From an uncultured delta proteobacterium (GTDB lineage Bacteria; Myxococcota_A; Polyangia; Polyangiales; Polyangiaceae), in the NCBI GenBank assembly GCA_963696385.1, contig CAVOKF010000008.1:320001-384000 (forward strand): a stretch of 64,000 nt of DNA, written 5' to 3'. The position numbers and the translations under genes were made by a program. Positions 1-9,514 of the stretch are shown here, in pieces; position 1 is the first letter of the stretch; the number at the start of each line of letters is the position of its first letter. The notes under the pieces are model-generated. The model searched no databases and had not been told where the DNA came from. It was given only the letters and a program-made list of their open reading frames with translations.

Positions 1-1
1 G

Positions 2-496
2 CCCTTCGATACGGCCAGCGTGTGCTTCTCGAAGGGCCTGGGCGCGCCCGTCGGCAGCGCGCTTTGCGGGCCCCGGGAACTGGTCCGACAGGCTCGTCGG
101 TTTCGCAAGATGTGGGGGGGCGCGATGAGACAATCGGGAATCCTCGCCGCGGGGGCCCTCTTCGCGCTGGCTCACCACCGCAAGCGTCTCGCCGACGACC
201 ACGCCAACGCACGTCTCTTCGCCGAGAAGGTCGTCCGCTCGGCAGGCGCGCGGGTCGATTTCGAGTCGGTTCAGACCAACATCGTCAATGTCGACGTCGA
301 CGTCGACGCGAGCGCGGTCTCGCGCGAGGCTCGCGGATTGGGCGTCCTCATTTCGGCGACGGGACCTCACCGACTGCGGGCCGTAACCCATCTGGACGTT
401 TCGCGCGCGGACATGGACTCCGCCGCGCAGGCCCTCGGGCAAGCGATCGCGCGGGTGATCGGGTTCCACGACCCAAAGAGCGAACGCTCAGGGTGA
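2..496 (+). CDS. ltaE: Low-specificity L-threonine aldolase, 5'-truncated by the window edge
   Basis: CFSKGLGAPVGS (PLP lysine motif), RKMWGGAMRQSG, TNIV and LRAVTHLD; frame open from base 2. Confidence 0.9.
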   Translation, partial: PFDTASVCFSKGLGAPVGSALCGPRELVRQARRFRKMWGGAMRQSGILAAGALFALAHHRKRLADDHANARLFAEKVVRSAGARVDFESVQTNIVNVDVDVDASAVSREARGLGVLISATGPHRLRAVTHLDVSRADMDSAAQALGQAIARVIGFHDPKSERSG

Positions 497-785
497 GCCG
501 AGCGAAGCGAGGCGGTGCGAAACGCATCTCCTGCTGGGGTGCTCGAGGGGAGCGGCATTCGCTCCCCTCGACGTGTCGTGAGTGCCGAGTTGGCGAGAGC
601 AGAGCCGAGCGAGCGAAGCGAGTCGAGGCGGAGCGAAACGAGTCGAGGCGGTGCGAAACGCATCTCCTGCTGGGGTGCTCGAGGGGAGCGGCATTCGCTC
701 CCCTCGACGTGTCGTGAGTGCCGAGTTGGCGAGAGCAGAGCCGAGCGAGCGAAGCGAGTCGAGGCGGAGCGAACGCTCAGGGTGA
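478..785. repeat. REP-like intergenic element: two ~130-bp copies (period 136) bracketed by a 19-bp direct repeat
   Basis: Copies start at 509 and 645; each holds the perfect hairpin tcgaggggagcg-gcatt-cgctcccctcga (543-571, 679-707); gagcgaacgctcagggtga occurs at 478-496 and 767-785. Confidence 0.85.
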
Positions 786-828
786 TCTGGTTCCCACGAC
801 AAACCGACCAACCTTCCCGCGACAAACC

Positions 829-1236
829 CTATTTCTCTTCTTCTTCCTCTTCTTCTTCCTCCTCCTCGTCGTCGTCTTCGTCGTCTTCGTCTTCGTCGAA
901 CTCCTCTTCGTCGAAGTCGGTGGCCTCGCCTTCTTCCTCTTCGGGCTCGGCGGCACCGCGCTTCTCGAACTTCACGTCCACGCCGACGTCTCCAAGCTGC
1001 GTGTCGATGAGCTCCAGAAGCTCGTCGGAATCATCGCCAGACCATTCGTCGAGAAGGTCGGTCAGGAATTCGAAGAAATCGCCGCTATCCAGCCGGCGCT
1101 CGATTTCCTCGACCTGCTCTTCCGTAAACGCTTCGAGAATGTCCTCGCGAAGCGTCTCGATGTCGCCCTCCTCAATCGCGTCTTGTGCAGACACCCGAAT
1201 CTGACGAACGGCTCGTTTATCGAGGTAGATCTCCAT
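829..1236 (-). CDS. Small, extremely acidic hypothetical protein (135 aa, poly-D/E tail)
   Basis: ATG at 1236 (MEIYLDKRAVRQ...); GC-rich third codon positions; the longer ORF extension to 1581 reads as non-coding. Confidence 0.75.
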   Translation of the reverse strand: MEIYLDKRAVRQIRVSAQDAIEEGDIETLREDILEAFTEEQVEEIERRLDSGDFFEFLTDLLDEWSGDDSDELLELIDTQLGDVGVDVKFEKRGAAEPEEEEGEATDFDEEEFDEDEDDEDDDEEEEEEEEEEEK

Positions 1237-1434
1237 CGCTAATATCGTCTCCGAGCTGACGCCCACGTTTATCCAGTCGCAGATGGACCGCAAGCCTGTC
1301 GGTACCTTGCCCTCGAGCCCGCCCGGGGGGCTCGACCCCACCGCCCGCGAGTATGCGAACCGGCCTGGGCATGTCAACGTCCGCGTGAGCCGGGCCCGCG
1401 TTACCGCACGGCTGCCGAGTGGTAGGCTCGGGGC

Positions 1435-2133
1435 ATGGGTGAGCGATACCGCCGCGGAGCGCAAGCTCTGGGAGCCGTCGCGATGGCCCTGCTGGTCCTG
1501 CAAGCCCAACGCGCCCGGGCCGACGACGCCGCGCCGCCTGCGCAGGAAGCGGGAGTCGTTCGGCCGCCCCCTCCGGAGCACTCCTACATGCAGTACGGAG
1601 TCGCCCTCACGGTCGAAGGGGTCCTTTCCGCGGGACCCGCGTGCACCACGTCCAGCGGAACGAGCGCGGCAGTGGCTGCAGCCCTCGCGGCCGCCGGGTG
1701 CATTCTCGGATCAGGCGCCGGGATCGCGATTCGCGTCGGGTGGCGCCCCACCGAGGCCACCTATTTTGGAGGCGCCTACGAATTCTCCAAGCAGGATCCC
1801 AACAACCTCTATCGGCTTGGAATCTTACAGCAAGCACGCTTCGAAGCCCGCCATTATTTCGAGACCGGCTGGCGGACGAGGCCTTTCGCGGTTTTGGGGG
1901 CCGGGCTGGCGGCTTATGGCGAAGAGTGGTCGGTCGACACCTGGGGATTCGCCGGAGCCCTCGGAGGCGGCATCGAATTCGAGGTGTCTGGCGCCACGAC
2001 CCTCGGCCTCGGGCTCGTGTACCGGCCCGTATATCTTCGTTCGTGGGTCGACTCCAGCACGATTCCACACCCATCGGGCGTGGCCCATTTGCTCGGGCTG
2101 GAGATCGCGCTCGAGGCGACCGACCGGATCTAA
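1435..2133 (+). CDS. Exported protein, probable outer-membrane beta-barrel
   Basis: Signal-peptide-like N-terminus (..ARA-DD); alternating Gly/aromatic beta strands (YFGGAYEF, FEARHYF, LGGGIEFEV, LGLGLVYRP). Confidence 0.6.
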   Translation: MGERYRRGAQALGAVAMALLVLQAQRARADDAAPPAQEAGVVRPPPPEHSYMQYGVALTVEGVLSAGPACTTSSGTSAAVAAALAAAGCILGSGAGIAIRVGWRPTEATYFGGAYEFSKQDPNNLYRLGILQQARFEARHYFETGWRTRPFAVLGAGLAAYGEEWSVDTWGFAGALGGGIEFEVSGATTLGLGLVYRPVYLRSWVDSSTIPHPSGVAHLLGLEIALEATDRI

Positions 2134-2220
2134 CCAATCCCTCGCGCGGGTCGCGAAAGCTCGGGTGACCACGGCCAGAGCTTGACGGTCGACCACGCGC
2201 CGGTGTCCCATCGCGTTCGC

Positions 2221-3582
2221 GTGATTTGCACGACATGCGGCCGGGACAATCCGAGTCACCTCATTTTCTGTCAGGAGTGCGGCCAGAAGTTGGCCACGCG
2301 CCTCGCGACGCCGACGCCTCCTCAGGGGATCGCGGCGGTCGGTCCCACGCCGGAGGCGGCGGCGGCTCGTAGCCAGAGCTCCGTATCGCAACGACCGGCG
2401 GCGCCCAACATTCAATTTTCCCGCCGCGACGAGTTGCCAGCGCCAGCCGACAATCGGAGCGTGTGCCCGCTTTGCGGCAGCCGCAATCAGCGTGGCTTGC
2501 GCTTCTGCGTCACGTGCGGGCACCTCTTGGCGCAACGCGTCTCCGGGGGCAGCCCAGCGCTCGAGGCCACCGCGGTTTCGGCCCCCCCAGTCCGGCCGCC
2601 TTCGGCGCCGGCTGCCGTCATCGCCCCGAACCGCGTCGTGCAACTCGACGATCCGTCGCCGGCTGCGTTGGAGACCCGCATCTGTCCGCGCTGCCACGGC
2701 CTGCTCGAGGGGGCGGGACAGTTCTGCCGCATTTGCGGCGCATCCATCGCCGACGCCGCACCAATCGACCTGCGGCCGGCGTCGCCGGCACGACCCGACA
2801 CCGTACGACCGCAAGGCCCCGCGCCCGCGGCGTCGACCGTCCCCGTGTCCGCGCCGCGGACGGGACGCGTCCGCCTCGTTCTCATCGCGCGTGACGGCGG
2901 CGAAGGACCGAGCTACCCGGTCGGCGACACGACCGACATCGGGCGGACGGAAGGTCACATCGTCATTGGCGACGATCCCTACATCTCTCCGCGTCACGCG
3001 CGCATTTCGGTGCGCGACGGCACGCACTTTCTACGCGACCTCGGAACGACCAACGGAGTCTATTTGCGTATCCCGTACTCGGGCGACCTCGATCGGGGCT
3101 TGGTGCTCGATCCCGAGCAAGAGCTGGGAGATCAAGAGTTGTTCCTGGTTGGACAACAGGTGCTAAGGTTTGAGGTCGTGAAGCACGCGGAAGAGGGGTT
3201 CGGCGTGGCCTCGGACAATGGGACGTTGCTCTTCGGTACGCCCGCAGCGCCCCGCTATGCGCGGCTTAGCCAGCGCACGGTCGAGGGCGTGTCGCGCGAT
3301 GTCTTTCACGTGCACAAAACCGAGACCGTCATCGGGCGAGAATCGGGCGATATCGTATTCGCCGACGATCCCTTCCTTTCTCGCCGCCACGCCGTCATCC
3401 GGGTCCGCCCCGGCGCCAGCTTTGCGAGAGATGCCCGCCGCTTCACGCTGGCCGACCTTGGCTCCTCCAACGGGACGTTCCTGCAGGTGCGAACCGAGGT
3501 TGCTCTGCGTCCGGGCAGTCACTTCCGCATCGGCCAGCAGCTCTTCCGCCTCGACGTCGACGTGAACCGCACCGGTGAATGA
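2221..3582 (+). CDS. Zinc-ribbon plus tandem FHA domain protein
   Basis: Three double-CxxC ribbons; two FHA motifs (IGRTEG...SPRHA...TTNGVY; IGRESG...SRRHA...SSNGTF); start GTG 2221 or TTG 2182. Confidence 0.85.
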   Translation: MICTTCGRDNPSHLIFCQECGQKLATRLATPTPPQGIAAVGPTPEAAAARSQSSVSQRPAAPNIQFSRRDELPAPADNRSVCPLCGSRNQRGLRFCVTCGHLLAQRVSGGSPALEATAVSAPPVRPPSAPAAVIAPNRVVQLDDPSPAALETRICPRCHGLLEGAGQFCRICGASIADAAPIDLRPASPARPDTVRPQGPAPAASTVPVSAPRTGRVRLVLIARDGGEGPSYPVGDTTDIGRTEGHIVIGDDPYISPRHARISVRDGTHFLRDLGTTNGVYLRIPYSGDLDRGLVLDPEQELGDQELFLVGQQVLRFEVVKHAEEGFGVASDNGTLLFGTPAAPRYARLSQRTVEGVSRDVFHVHKTETVIGRESGDIVFADDPFLSRRHAVIRVRPGASFARDARRFTLADLGSSNGTFLQVRTEVALRPGSHFRIGQQLFRLDVDVNRTGE

Positions 3583-4865
3583 CAACGGAGACAGCCCGCA
3601 CGTGACGCAGCCCGAACCCCCTAGCGAGGCGGCGGTCGCAGGCAGCTCGAACGACGCTTCGACGCCCGCCGCGGGACAAATCCGTGTGAAGCTGTTCGCT
3701 CGTACCGACGTCGGGCAAATCCGCGAGCACAACGAAGACAACTTCCTCGTCGCCGATCTCACGCGAAGAACACGGGGGCTTCTCGAAGCCAACCGGACGG
3801 GCACGGTCGGCCCGCAAGGTCTCTTGTTCGCGGTCTGCGACGGCATGGGCGGCGCCGCCGCCGGCGAAGTCGCCAGCCAGCTTTCGGTCGACATTCTCTA
3901 CGAGCGAATGGTCGACACGCTCGAACAGGGACACGGGCTGTCGCGCGACGAACTGGCGCGACGTCTCGTTCGCGCGATCGAGGCCGCCGGCCTGCGCATC
4001 TTCCAGGAAGCGAAACTGGATCGGACGCGTCGCGGAATGGGAACGACCGTCACGGCCGCCGCGCTGGTCGACAACTATCTATTCTTCGCGCAGGTGGGTG
4101 ACTCGCGGGGATACCTGCTGAGAGACGCGCACCTTGCGCAGCTGACGCGCGACCAATCGCTCGTCAACCAGCTCATCGAAGCCGGCCAGCTCACCGAGGA
4201 GGAAGCCGAGACGTTCGAGCACAACAACATCATCCTGCAGGCGCTTGGAACCGCGGACACCGTTCAGGTCGATCTGACGTATTGCGAACTCCACCGCGGC
4301 GACGTGCTGCTGCTTTGCTCGGACGGCCTGAGCGGCATGGTGCGTTTCGACGACATCCGCGAGGTGCTGCGTACGTCCACGGAGCCCATCGAGGCCTGCA
4401 AGATCCTCACGGAGCGGGCCAATCAGGCGGGCGGACACGACAACATCACCGTCATCGTCGTTTCGTTCGACGGCGAAGCCCTTGCGCCCGCCACCGAAGA
4501 AACCGAGCCGCCTAAGTACCGCAAGTACGCGCTCCCGGAGGAGCCGGCGGACCTGACCGAGCCGCAGCGTCGCCTGACCCCGCCACCGGTCGCATCGCCG
4601 ATTCCGCCGGCGAATCCTCACGGCCCTGGATTCGAACCATCCCCAAGGATTGGGGTCGACGATGGTGTTCTCAACGACCGCGGATACCACGCCGGCGCCT
4701 CATCCGTCATCGCTTGCACCGGCCGCACGCTCCGCTCGACCCCCCGGGCTGTCCGAGGAGGACATCGACATCCCTGGCACGCACGTGCCTCCGTGGGTCG
4801 TCGTGGTCATCGTGGTCGCGGTGATCCTCGTTCTCGCCGGAACGGCGTTTCTGCTCCTCGCCTGA
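3575..4865 (+). CDS. PP2C/Stp1-type Ser/Thr phosphatase with C-terminal membrane anchor; apparent frameshift near 4613
   Basis: TDVGQIREHNEDN, VCDGMGGAAAGE, GDSR, CSDGL and GGHDNIT motifs; the coding-like frame switches to the one ending PPWVVVVIVVAVILVLAGTAFLLLA* at 4865. Confidence 0.8.
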
Positions 4866-4869
4866 CGGG

Positions 4870-4953
4870 CCCGACCTCGACCCGACCTCGACCCGACCTC
4901 GACCCGACCTCGACCCGACCTCGACCCCACCTCGACCTCGACCCCGACCTCGA
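4870..4953. repeat. 11-bp tandem repeat (cccgacctcga) x5 plus degenerate units
   Basis: Perfect units at 4870, 4881, 4892, 4903 and 4914, then variants to 4953. Confidence 0.9.
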
Positions 4954-5014
4954 CGCGTTGCGATTCGCGGGCGTCGCGCTATGGTCGCGCCCACGCATGA
5001 CCCGTACCCGCTCG

Positions 5015-5344
5015 ATGGACGAAGGCGACACGGCGGCGCCTGCCACCGGTCGCGTCGAGATGGGGGCCATTCCCGCGGCGCCCCAGCCATCGCGAGCCGA
5101 GGCGTGGACGTCGGCGTCGCAGGACGTCTTGTTCGAGCGCGCCGAGAGCGCGTGCGACGCCTGCGGCCGCATCATGCCTCGCCCCGTCGAGTCGCAAGGG
5201 TATGCCGAGCCCGGTCAAGGCCTGTACGTGTGGGTCCGCGACAAGGAAGTGCGGTTGGACCCCGCGCCGCTCTGCGCCTCTTGTGCCGCCGCGATCGGCG
5301 TGACCGCCCTCGCTCGCTGGGAAATCGAAGAAGAGGAAGGCTGA
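5015..5344 (+). CDS. Small hypothetical protein with two CxxC pairs (putative Zn-binding)
   Basis: CDAC...CASC and acidic C-terminus WEIEEEEG; ATG at 4997 or 5015; joined to PP2C in the ORF track only through read-through. Confidence 0.6.
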   Translation: MDEGDTAAPATGRVEMGAIPAAPQPSRAEAWTSASQDVLFERAESACDACGRIMPRPVESQGYAEPGQGLYVWVRDKEVRLDPAPLCASCAAAIGVTALARWEIEEEEG

Positions 5345-5375
5345 TCGCGGCGTCGGCCCCGCGCCCGAGGCGAAG

Positions 5376-6170
5376 TCAGTGCACGCTTCCGGCGGCGCGT
5401 CGATCGACCGGCGGACGTCGCTCCAAATGCTCGAGACAGACGGCTCGAACCGAGGCCGCGACCGCGGGCGAGTGGGCCACGAGCACGAGCTCCGGACGAA
5501 CGAGCAAACCGGCGATGCGCCCTGCAATCTCGGGCGGCGTCGCCGGATTGAGCGCGAGGGCCAACCGCACGCGAGGTCGATGCACCCAAGCCGACCTCGC
5601 GACCTCGGCGAGGACTTCGGCGCGCGCCGGACGCCTTGCGACGACGCGCACGACGTCGTCCTCGGTGATGCGAGGGTTGCGGAGACAGCAGCGGATGACG
5701 TCCGGGTGCGGATCCCGCAGAAGCCGTTCGATCATTTCACGGCTCGGACGGCGCGCGAGCCACTTGCGCTCGCCGAGCGTCAGGGGTCGGCCTCCGGTCT
5801 CTCGGGCAGCCGATGGTCCCTCGCCGGGACGACGAGCCAACGCCGATGGCGTAACGGATTCGGTGGCCCGCGGCGACAGCCGGATGAGCCGCTCGAGCGC
5901 CAGCAAGGCTTGTTCCAGCGCCTCACCGCGCAGCCGCTCGACAACGTCCTTCATGTCTTCGCCGTTCAGGGCGTCGACCACGGCCATGAGCACTTCGCGC
6001 GCGGTGGCGTCCGCTTGTTCCGCGCGCTCGCATAGAACATCGAGAGTCTGCGCCAGCGATCCGATCGGGTTCACGGCCGCGATGGTCGCGATGCTGCGAG
6101 CGCGCAGCCCCGGGTCGCGCAGCGACAGCGTCGCCCGCACCAGCGCGTCTGCGCGATCCCTCGGGCTCAT
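5376..6170 (-). CDS. Hypothetical helical-repeat (LRV/HEAT-like) protein
   Basis: Repeated LLRDPHP / LRNPRIT / LALNPATP motifs; ATG at 6170 or 6179. Confidence 0.7.
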   Translation of the reverse strand: MSPRDRADALVRATLSLRDPGLRARSIATIAAVNPIGSLAQTLDVLCERAEQADATAREVLMAVVDALNGEDMKDVVERLRGEALEQALLALERLIRLSPRATESVTPSALARRPGEGPSAARETGGRPLTLGERKWLARRPSREMIERLLRDPHPDVIRCCLRNPRITEDDVVRVVARRPARAEVLAEVARSAWVHRPRVRLALALNPATPPEIAGRIAGLLVRPELVLVAHSPAVAASVRAVCLEHLERRPPVDRRAAGSVH

Positions 6171-6277
6171 CCGTACCATCTTACCGCAGACCGAGCCCCC
6201 GGCGGTCGCCTGCGGCCGAGCCTCGTCGTCAAACCGGTGCAAACCACTCGCGCAGCCCGGTGGTATGGTCGTGGCGC

Positions 6278-6595
6278 ATGCCGGAACCGCGGGACCCGCG
6301 CCACGACGAAGACGTCGACGTCGACGAACGTCGGAAGACCGCCATTCCGCGCAAGTACAAGGTCATCTTTCACAATGACGACTACACGACGATGGAATAC
6401 GTGGTCGAGGTCCTGCGCCGCTTTTTCCACAAGAACGAGACCGAGGCGTTGCACGTGATGCTCACCGTGCACAAACGAGGCAAGGCGGTCGCGGGCGTGT
6501 ACCCGCGGGACGTGGCAGAAACGAAAGTCGCCCAAGTGACGTCGGACGCGCGCGAACGCGGACACCCTCTTCTTTTGACGGCAGAGCCAGAGTGA
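6278..6595 (+). CDS. clpS: Clp protease adaptor ClpS
   Basis: YKVIFHNDDYTTMEYVVEVL...MLTVH..G.AVAGVY..DVAETK; directly upstream of clpA. Confidence 0.95.
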   Translation: MPEPRDPRHDEDVDVDERRKTAIPRKYKVIFHNDDYTTMEYVVEVLRRFFHKNETEALHVMLTVHKRGKAVAGVYPRDVAETKVAQVTSDARERGHPLLLTAEPE

Positions 6596-6607
6596 GAGCA
6601 AAAACGG

Positions 6608-8887
6608 ATGAGGATGAGCCCTGAAGTCGAGATTGCGCTGTCGGTTGCCGCGAACGATGCGGCGCGCCGCCGGCACGAGTACGTGACGATCGAGCACCTG
6701 CTTTACGCGCTGCTGCTCGACGAGACGACCGCTGCGATCGTGCGTCACTGCGGCGGGGATCCGGCCTCGGTCAAGAAGCGACTGGATCGCTACCTCACCG
6801 ATGAGCTCGAGAGCGTCGAAGAAACGAACGCCGAGGCGCCCAACCCGTCGCTCGGAGTGCATCGCACGATCCGCCGCGCCGTCAATCATGTCCGGTCGAG
6901 CGGCAAGGAAGAAGTGACGGGCGCCAACGTTCTCATCGCCATGTACGCCGAGCGGGATTCGTACGCCGTCAGGGCGCTCGAGGACGAGGGAGTCATGCGT
7001 CTCGACGTGACTTCCTATGTGGCGCACGGGGTTTCGAAGATCGATGAAGAGCAAGGGGGCGATGCCAGCAAGAGCGGCGGGGGTGCGGAAGCCGACGTCG
7101 AGGCCGCGCGCCCTGCCCGCGATGCGCTCAAGTCCTACACCGTCAACCTCAACGAAGAGGCTCGGACCTCCCGAATCGATCCGCTCATCGGCCGCGAGAA
7201 CGAGGTCACGCGCATCGTGCAGATCCTCGCCCGTCGCAAAAAAAACAACCCACTGCTCGTCGGCGACGCCGGCGTCGGCAAGACGGCCATCGCCGAAGGC
7301 CTCGCGCTGAAGATTCACCGTGGCGAGGTGCCGCCAGCGCTGCGTGGCGCGACGGTCTACGCGCTCGACATGGGCTCGCTCCTCGCCGGTACGCGCTATC
7401 GAGGCGACTTCGAGGAGCGCATCAAGGCCGTACTCAAAGCGCTGCAGAAGATCGACCATGCCATCCTCTTCATCGACGAGATTCACACCATCGTCGGCGC
7501 GGGGGCGACGACGGGCGGCAGCATGGACGCGAGCAATCTGCTCAAGCCCGCGCTGGCGAGCGGGCGACTCCGATGCCTCGGTTCGACCACATTCCAGGAG
7601 TTCCGACAGCACTTCGAGAAGGACCGAGCGCTCGCGCGCCGCTTCCAGCGCGTCGAAGTGGGCGAGCCGAGCGTCGAGGACACGGTGAAGATCCTCCATG
7701 GACTACGCAAGCAGTACGAGGAGTTTCACGGTGTGCACTACGCGGACGACACGTTGCGGGCCGCGGCGGAGCTCGGCGCGAAATACCTGCACGATCGGAA
7801 GTTGCCCGACAAGGCGATCGATCTGATCGACGAGACCGGAGCCGCAAAAAAGCTCGCGGCCCTGCCCGATTCGGGCGTGCCGCTCGTCGAGGTCACGGAC
7901 CTCGAACAAGTGCTCGCTCGCATGGCGCAGATCCCGCCCCGTGAGGTGTCGACGAGCGATCGCGAACGGCTCAAGAACCTCGATGCCGAGCTGAAGGCGG
8001 TCGTCTACGGGCAAGACGCGGCCATTGCGCAACTCGTCTCCGCCATCAAACTGTCCCGCGCGGGGCTGCGATCGGCCGAGAAGCCCATCGGATCGTTCTT
8101 ATTGACTGGACCTACCGGCGTCGGAAAGACGGAGGTCGCCAAGCAGCTCGCGAAGGTCATGGGCATCTCGTTTCATCGCTTCGACATGAGCGAGTACATG
8201 GAGGCGCACACCGTATCCCGTCTCATCGGCGCCCCCCCCGGCTACGTCGGTTTCGATCAAGGCGGCCTCCTGACCGACGCCATCGCGAAGACGCCTCACG
8301 CGGTGCTGCTGCTCGACGAGATCGAAAAGGCGCACCCTCAAATCTTCAATATCCTGCTTCAGGTCATGGACCACGGGCGACTGACCGACCACAACGGCAA
8401 GCAAACCGATTTCCGGCACGTCGTTTTGCTGATGACGAGCAACATCGGCGCGCGCGACCTGCAGCGGCGTGCGGTCGGCTTCGGCGGTCCGGGCGGAAGC
8501 GACCGGGACAAGCCGAGCGCCGACCGAGAATACAAGCAGCTGTTCAGTCCGGAATTTCGCAATCGCCTCGACGCGAAAATCGCGTTCGGTCCCCTCGATC
8601 CGACGGTGATGATCAGCATCGTCGGGAAGTTCATCCGCGAGCTCGCCGAACAACTCGCGGCGCGCGGAGTGACCCTCGACCTGACCGACGCCGCGACGCA
8701 AACCCTCGCCCGGGAGGGGTACGACCCCGACAACGGAGCCCGCCCGCTGGCGCGCGTCATTCAAGACCAAGTCAAGCAGCCTCTCGGCGACGAATTGCTC
8801 TTCGGAGCACTCGAGAAGGGCGGTCACGTCACGATCGACGCGGTGGATGGAAAGCTCACCTTCGTCTTCGGACCGAAGAAGGACTGA
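6608..8887 (+). CDS. clpA: ATP-dependent Clp protease ATP-binding subunit ClpA
   Basis: Clp N domain; two AAA+ modules ([16 protein letters not shown]); VGF loop; 759 aa with no ClpB middle domain. Confidence 0.95.
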   Translation: MRMSPEVEIALSVAANDAARRRHEYVTIEHLLYALLLDETTAAIVRHCGGDPASVKKRLDRYLTDELESVEETNAEAPNPSLGVHRTIRRAVNHVRSSGKEEVTGANVLIAMYAERDSYAVRALEDEGVMRLDVTSYVAHGVSKIDEEQGGDASKSGGGAEADVEAARPARDALKSYTVNLNEEARTSRIDPLIGRENEVTRIVQILARRKKNNPLLVGDAGVGKTAIAEGLALKIHRGEVPPALRGATVYALDMGSLLAGTRYRGDFEERIKAVLKALQKIDHAILFIDEIHTIVGAGATTGGSMDASNLLKPALASGRLRCLGSTTFQEFRQHFEKDRALARRFQRVEVGEPSVEDTVKILHGLRKQYEEFHGVHYADDTLRAAAELGAKYLHDRKLPDKAIDLIDETGAAKKLAALPDSGVPLVEVTDLEQVLARMAQIPPREVSTSDRERLKNLDAELKAVVYGQDAAIAQLVSAIKLSRAGLRSAEKPIGSFLLTGPTGVGKTEVAKQLAKVMGISFHRFDMSEYMEAHTVSRLIGAPPGYVGFDQGGLLTDAIAKTPHAVLLLDEIEKAHPQIFNILLQVMDHGRLTDHNGKQTDFRHVVLLMTSNIGARDLQRRAVGFGGPGGSDRDKPSADREYKQLFSPEFRNRLDAKIAFGPLDPTVMISIVGKFIRELAEQLAARGVTLDLTDAATQTLAREGYDPDNGARPLARVIQDQVKQPLGDELLFGALEKGGHVTIDAVDGKLTFVFGPKKD

Positions 8888-8966
8888 GTCCGGAAAGCGC
8901 GGAGGCCACCCCCGTCGCAAAGAGAATGTCTTCTTGTCCTCGGCCGCATGCACTAGATCGCGGTCC

Positions 8967-9452
8967 ATGGACCCGCTCGTAAGCATCGTCATGGGCAGCA
9001 AAAGCGATCTCGACGTGATGCAAGCCTCGCGAGACACGCTGAAAGAACTCGGAATTGCGTACGAAACGCGCGTGCTCAGCGCCCACCGCACCCCGGACGC
9101 TCTGTTCGAATACGTCAAGGACGCGGCCGCACGCGGCGTGGAAGTGTTTATCGCCGGCGCGGGCGGAGCGGCCCACTTGCCGGGAGTCATCGCGGCGAAG
9201 ACGACGCTTCCCGTGCTGGGGGTACCCATCCCCTCGGGACATCTGCTCGGCCTCGACGCGCTGCTCGCCATCGTTCAAATGCCGAGGGGCATTCCGGTGG
9301 CGACGTTTGCCGTCGGCAAGATGGGGGCGGGAAATGCCGCGCTCTTTGCCGTCGCCATCCTCGCGGGCAAACGCCGGGAACTCGCGCAGCGGCTCGCGTC
9401 GTGGCGCACGGAACTGGCCGACAAGCTCCTGCGCGAATCCGTCATCGATTGA
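8967..9452 (+). CDS. purE: N5-CAIR mutase
   Basis: IVMGSKSD, SAHRTP, GAGGAAHLPG, QMPRGIPVAT. Confidence 0.95.
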   Translation: MDPLVSIVMGSKSDLDVMQASRDTLKELGIAYETRVLSAHRTPDALFEYVKDAAARGVEVFIAGAGGAAHLPGVIAAKTTLPVLGVPIPSGHLLGLDALLAIVQMPRGIPVATFAVGKMGAGNAALFAVAILAGKRRELAQRLASWRTELADKLLRESVID

Positions 9453-9483
9453 GAGGGTCCCTCCGCTGCCTCGCGGAGCTTGA

Positions 9484-9500
9484 CGGAACGCCTGTTCAGT
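9484..9500. promoter_or_regulatory. Putative myxobacterial-type LexA (SOS) box overlapping a TTGACG -35-like hexamer (9480-9485)
   Basis: cggaac-gcct-gttcagt is a near-palindrome matching 15/17 positions of the M. xanthus consensus as I recall it (CTRHAMRYBYGTTCAGS). Confidence 0.6.
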
Positions 9501-9514
9501 CCGACGCTTGGCGT

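Noticed and set aside
515..1204. Poly-Ser ORF on the plus strand
   Set aside because: It is the reverse complement of the poly-D/E tail of the acidic protein plus repeat-derived sequence
3575..5344. 589-aa PP2C-Zn-finger fusion from the ORF track as a genuine single protein
   Set aside because: The middle part is Arg-rich and off-frame-like and crosses a VNTR; a better frame encodes a TM anchor ending at 4865
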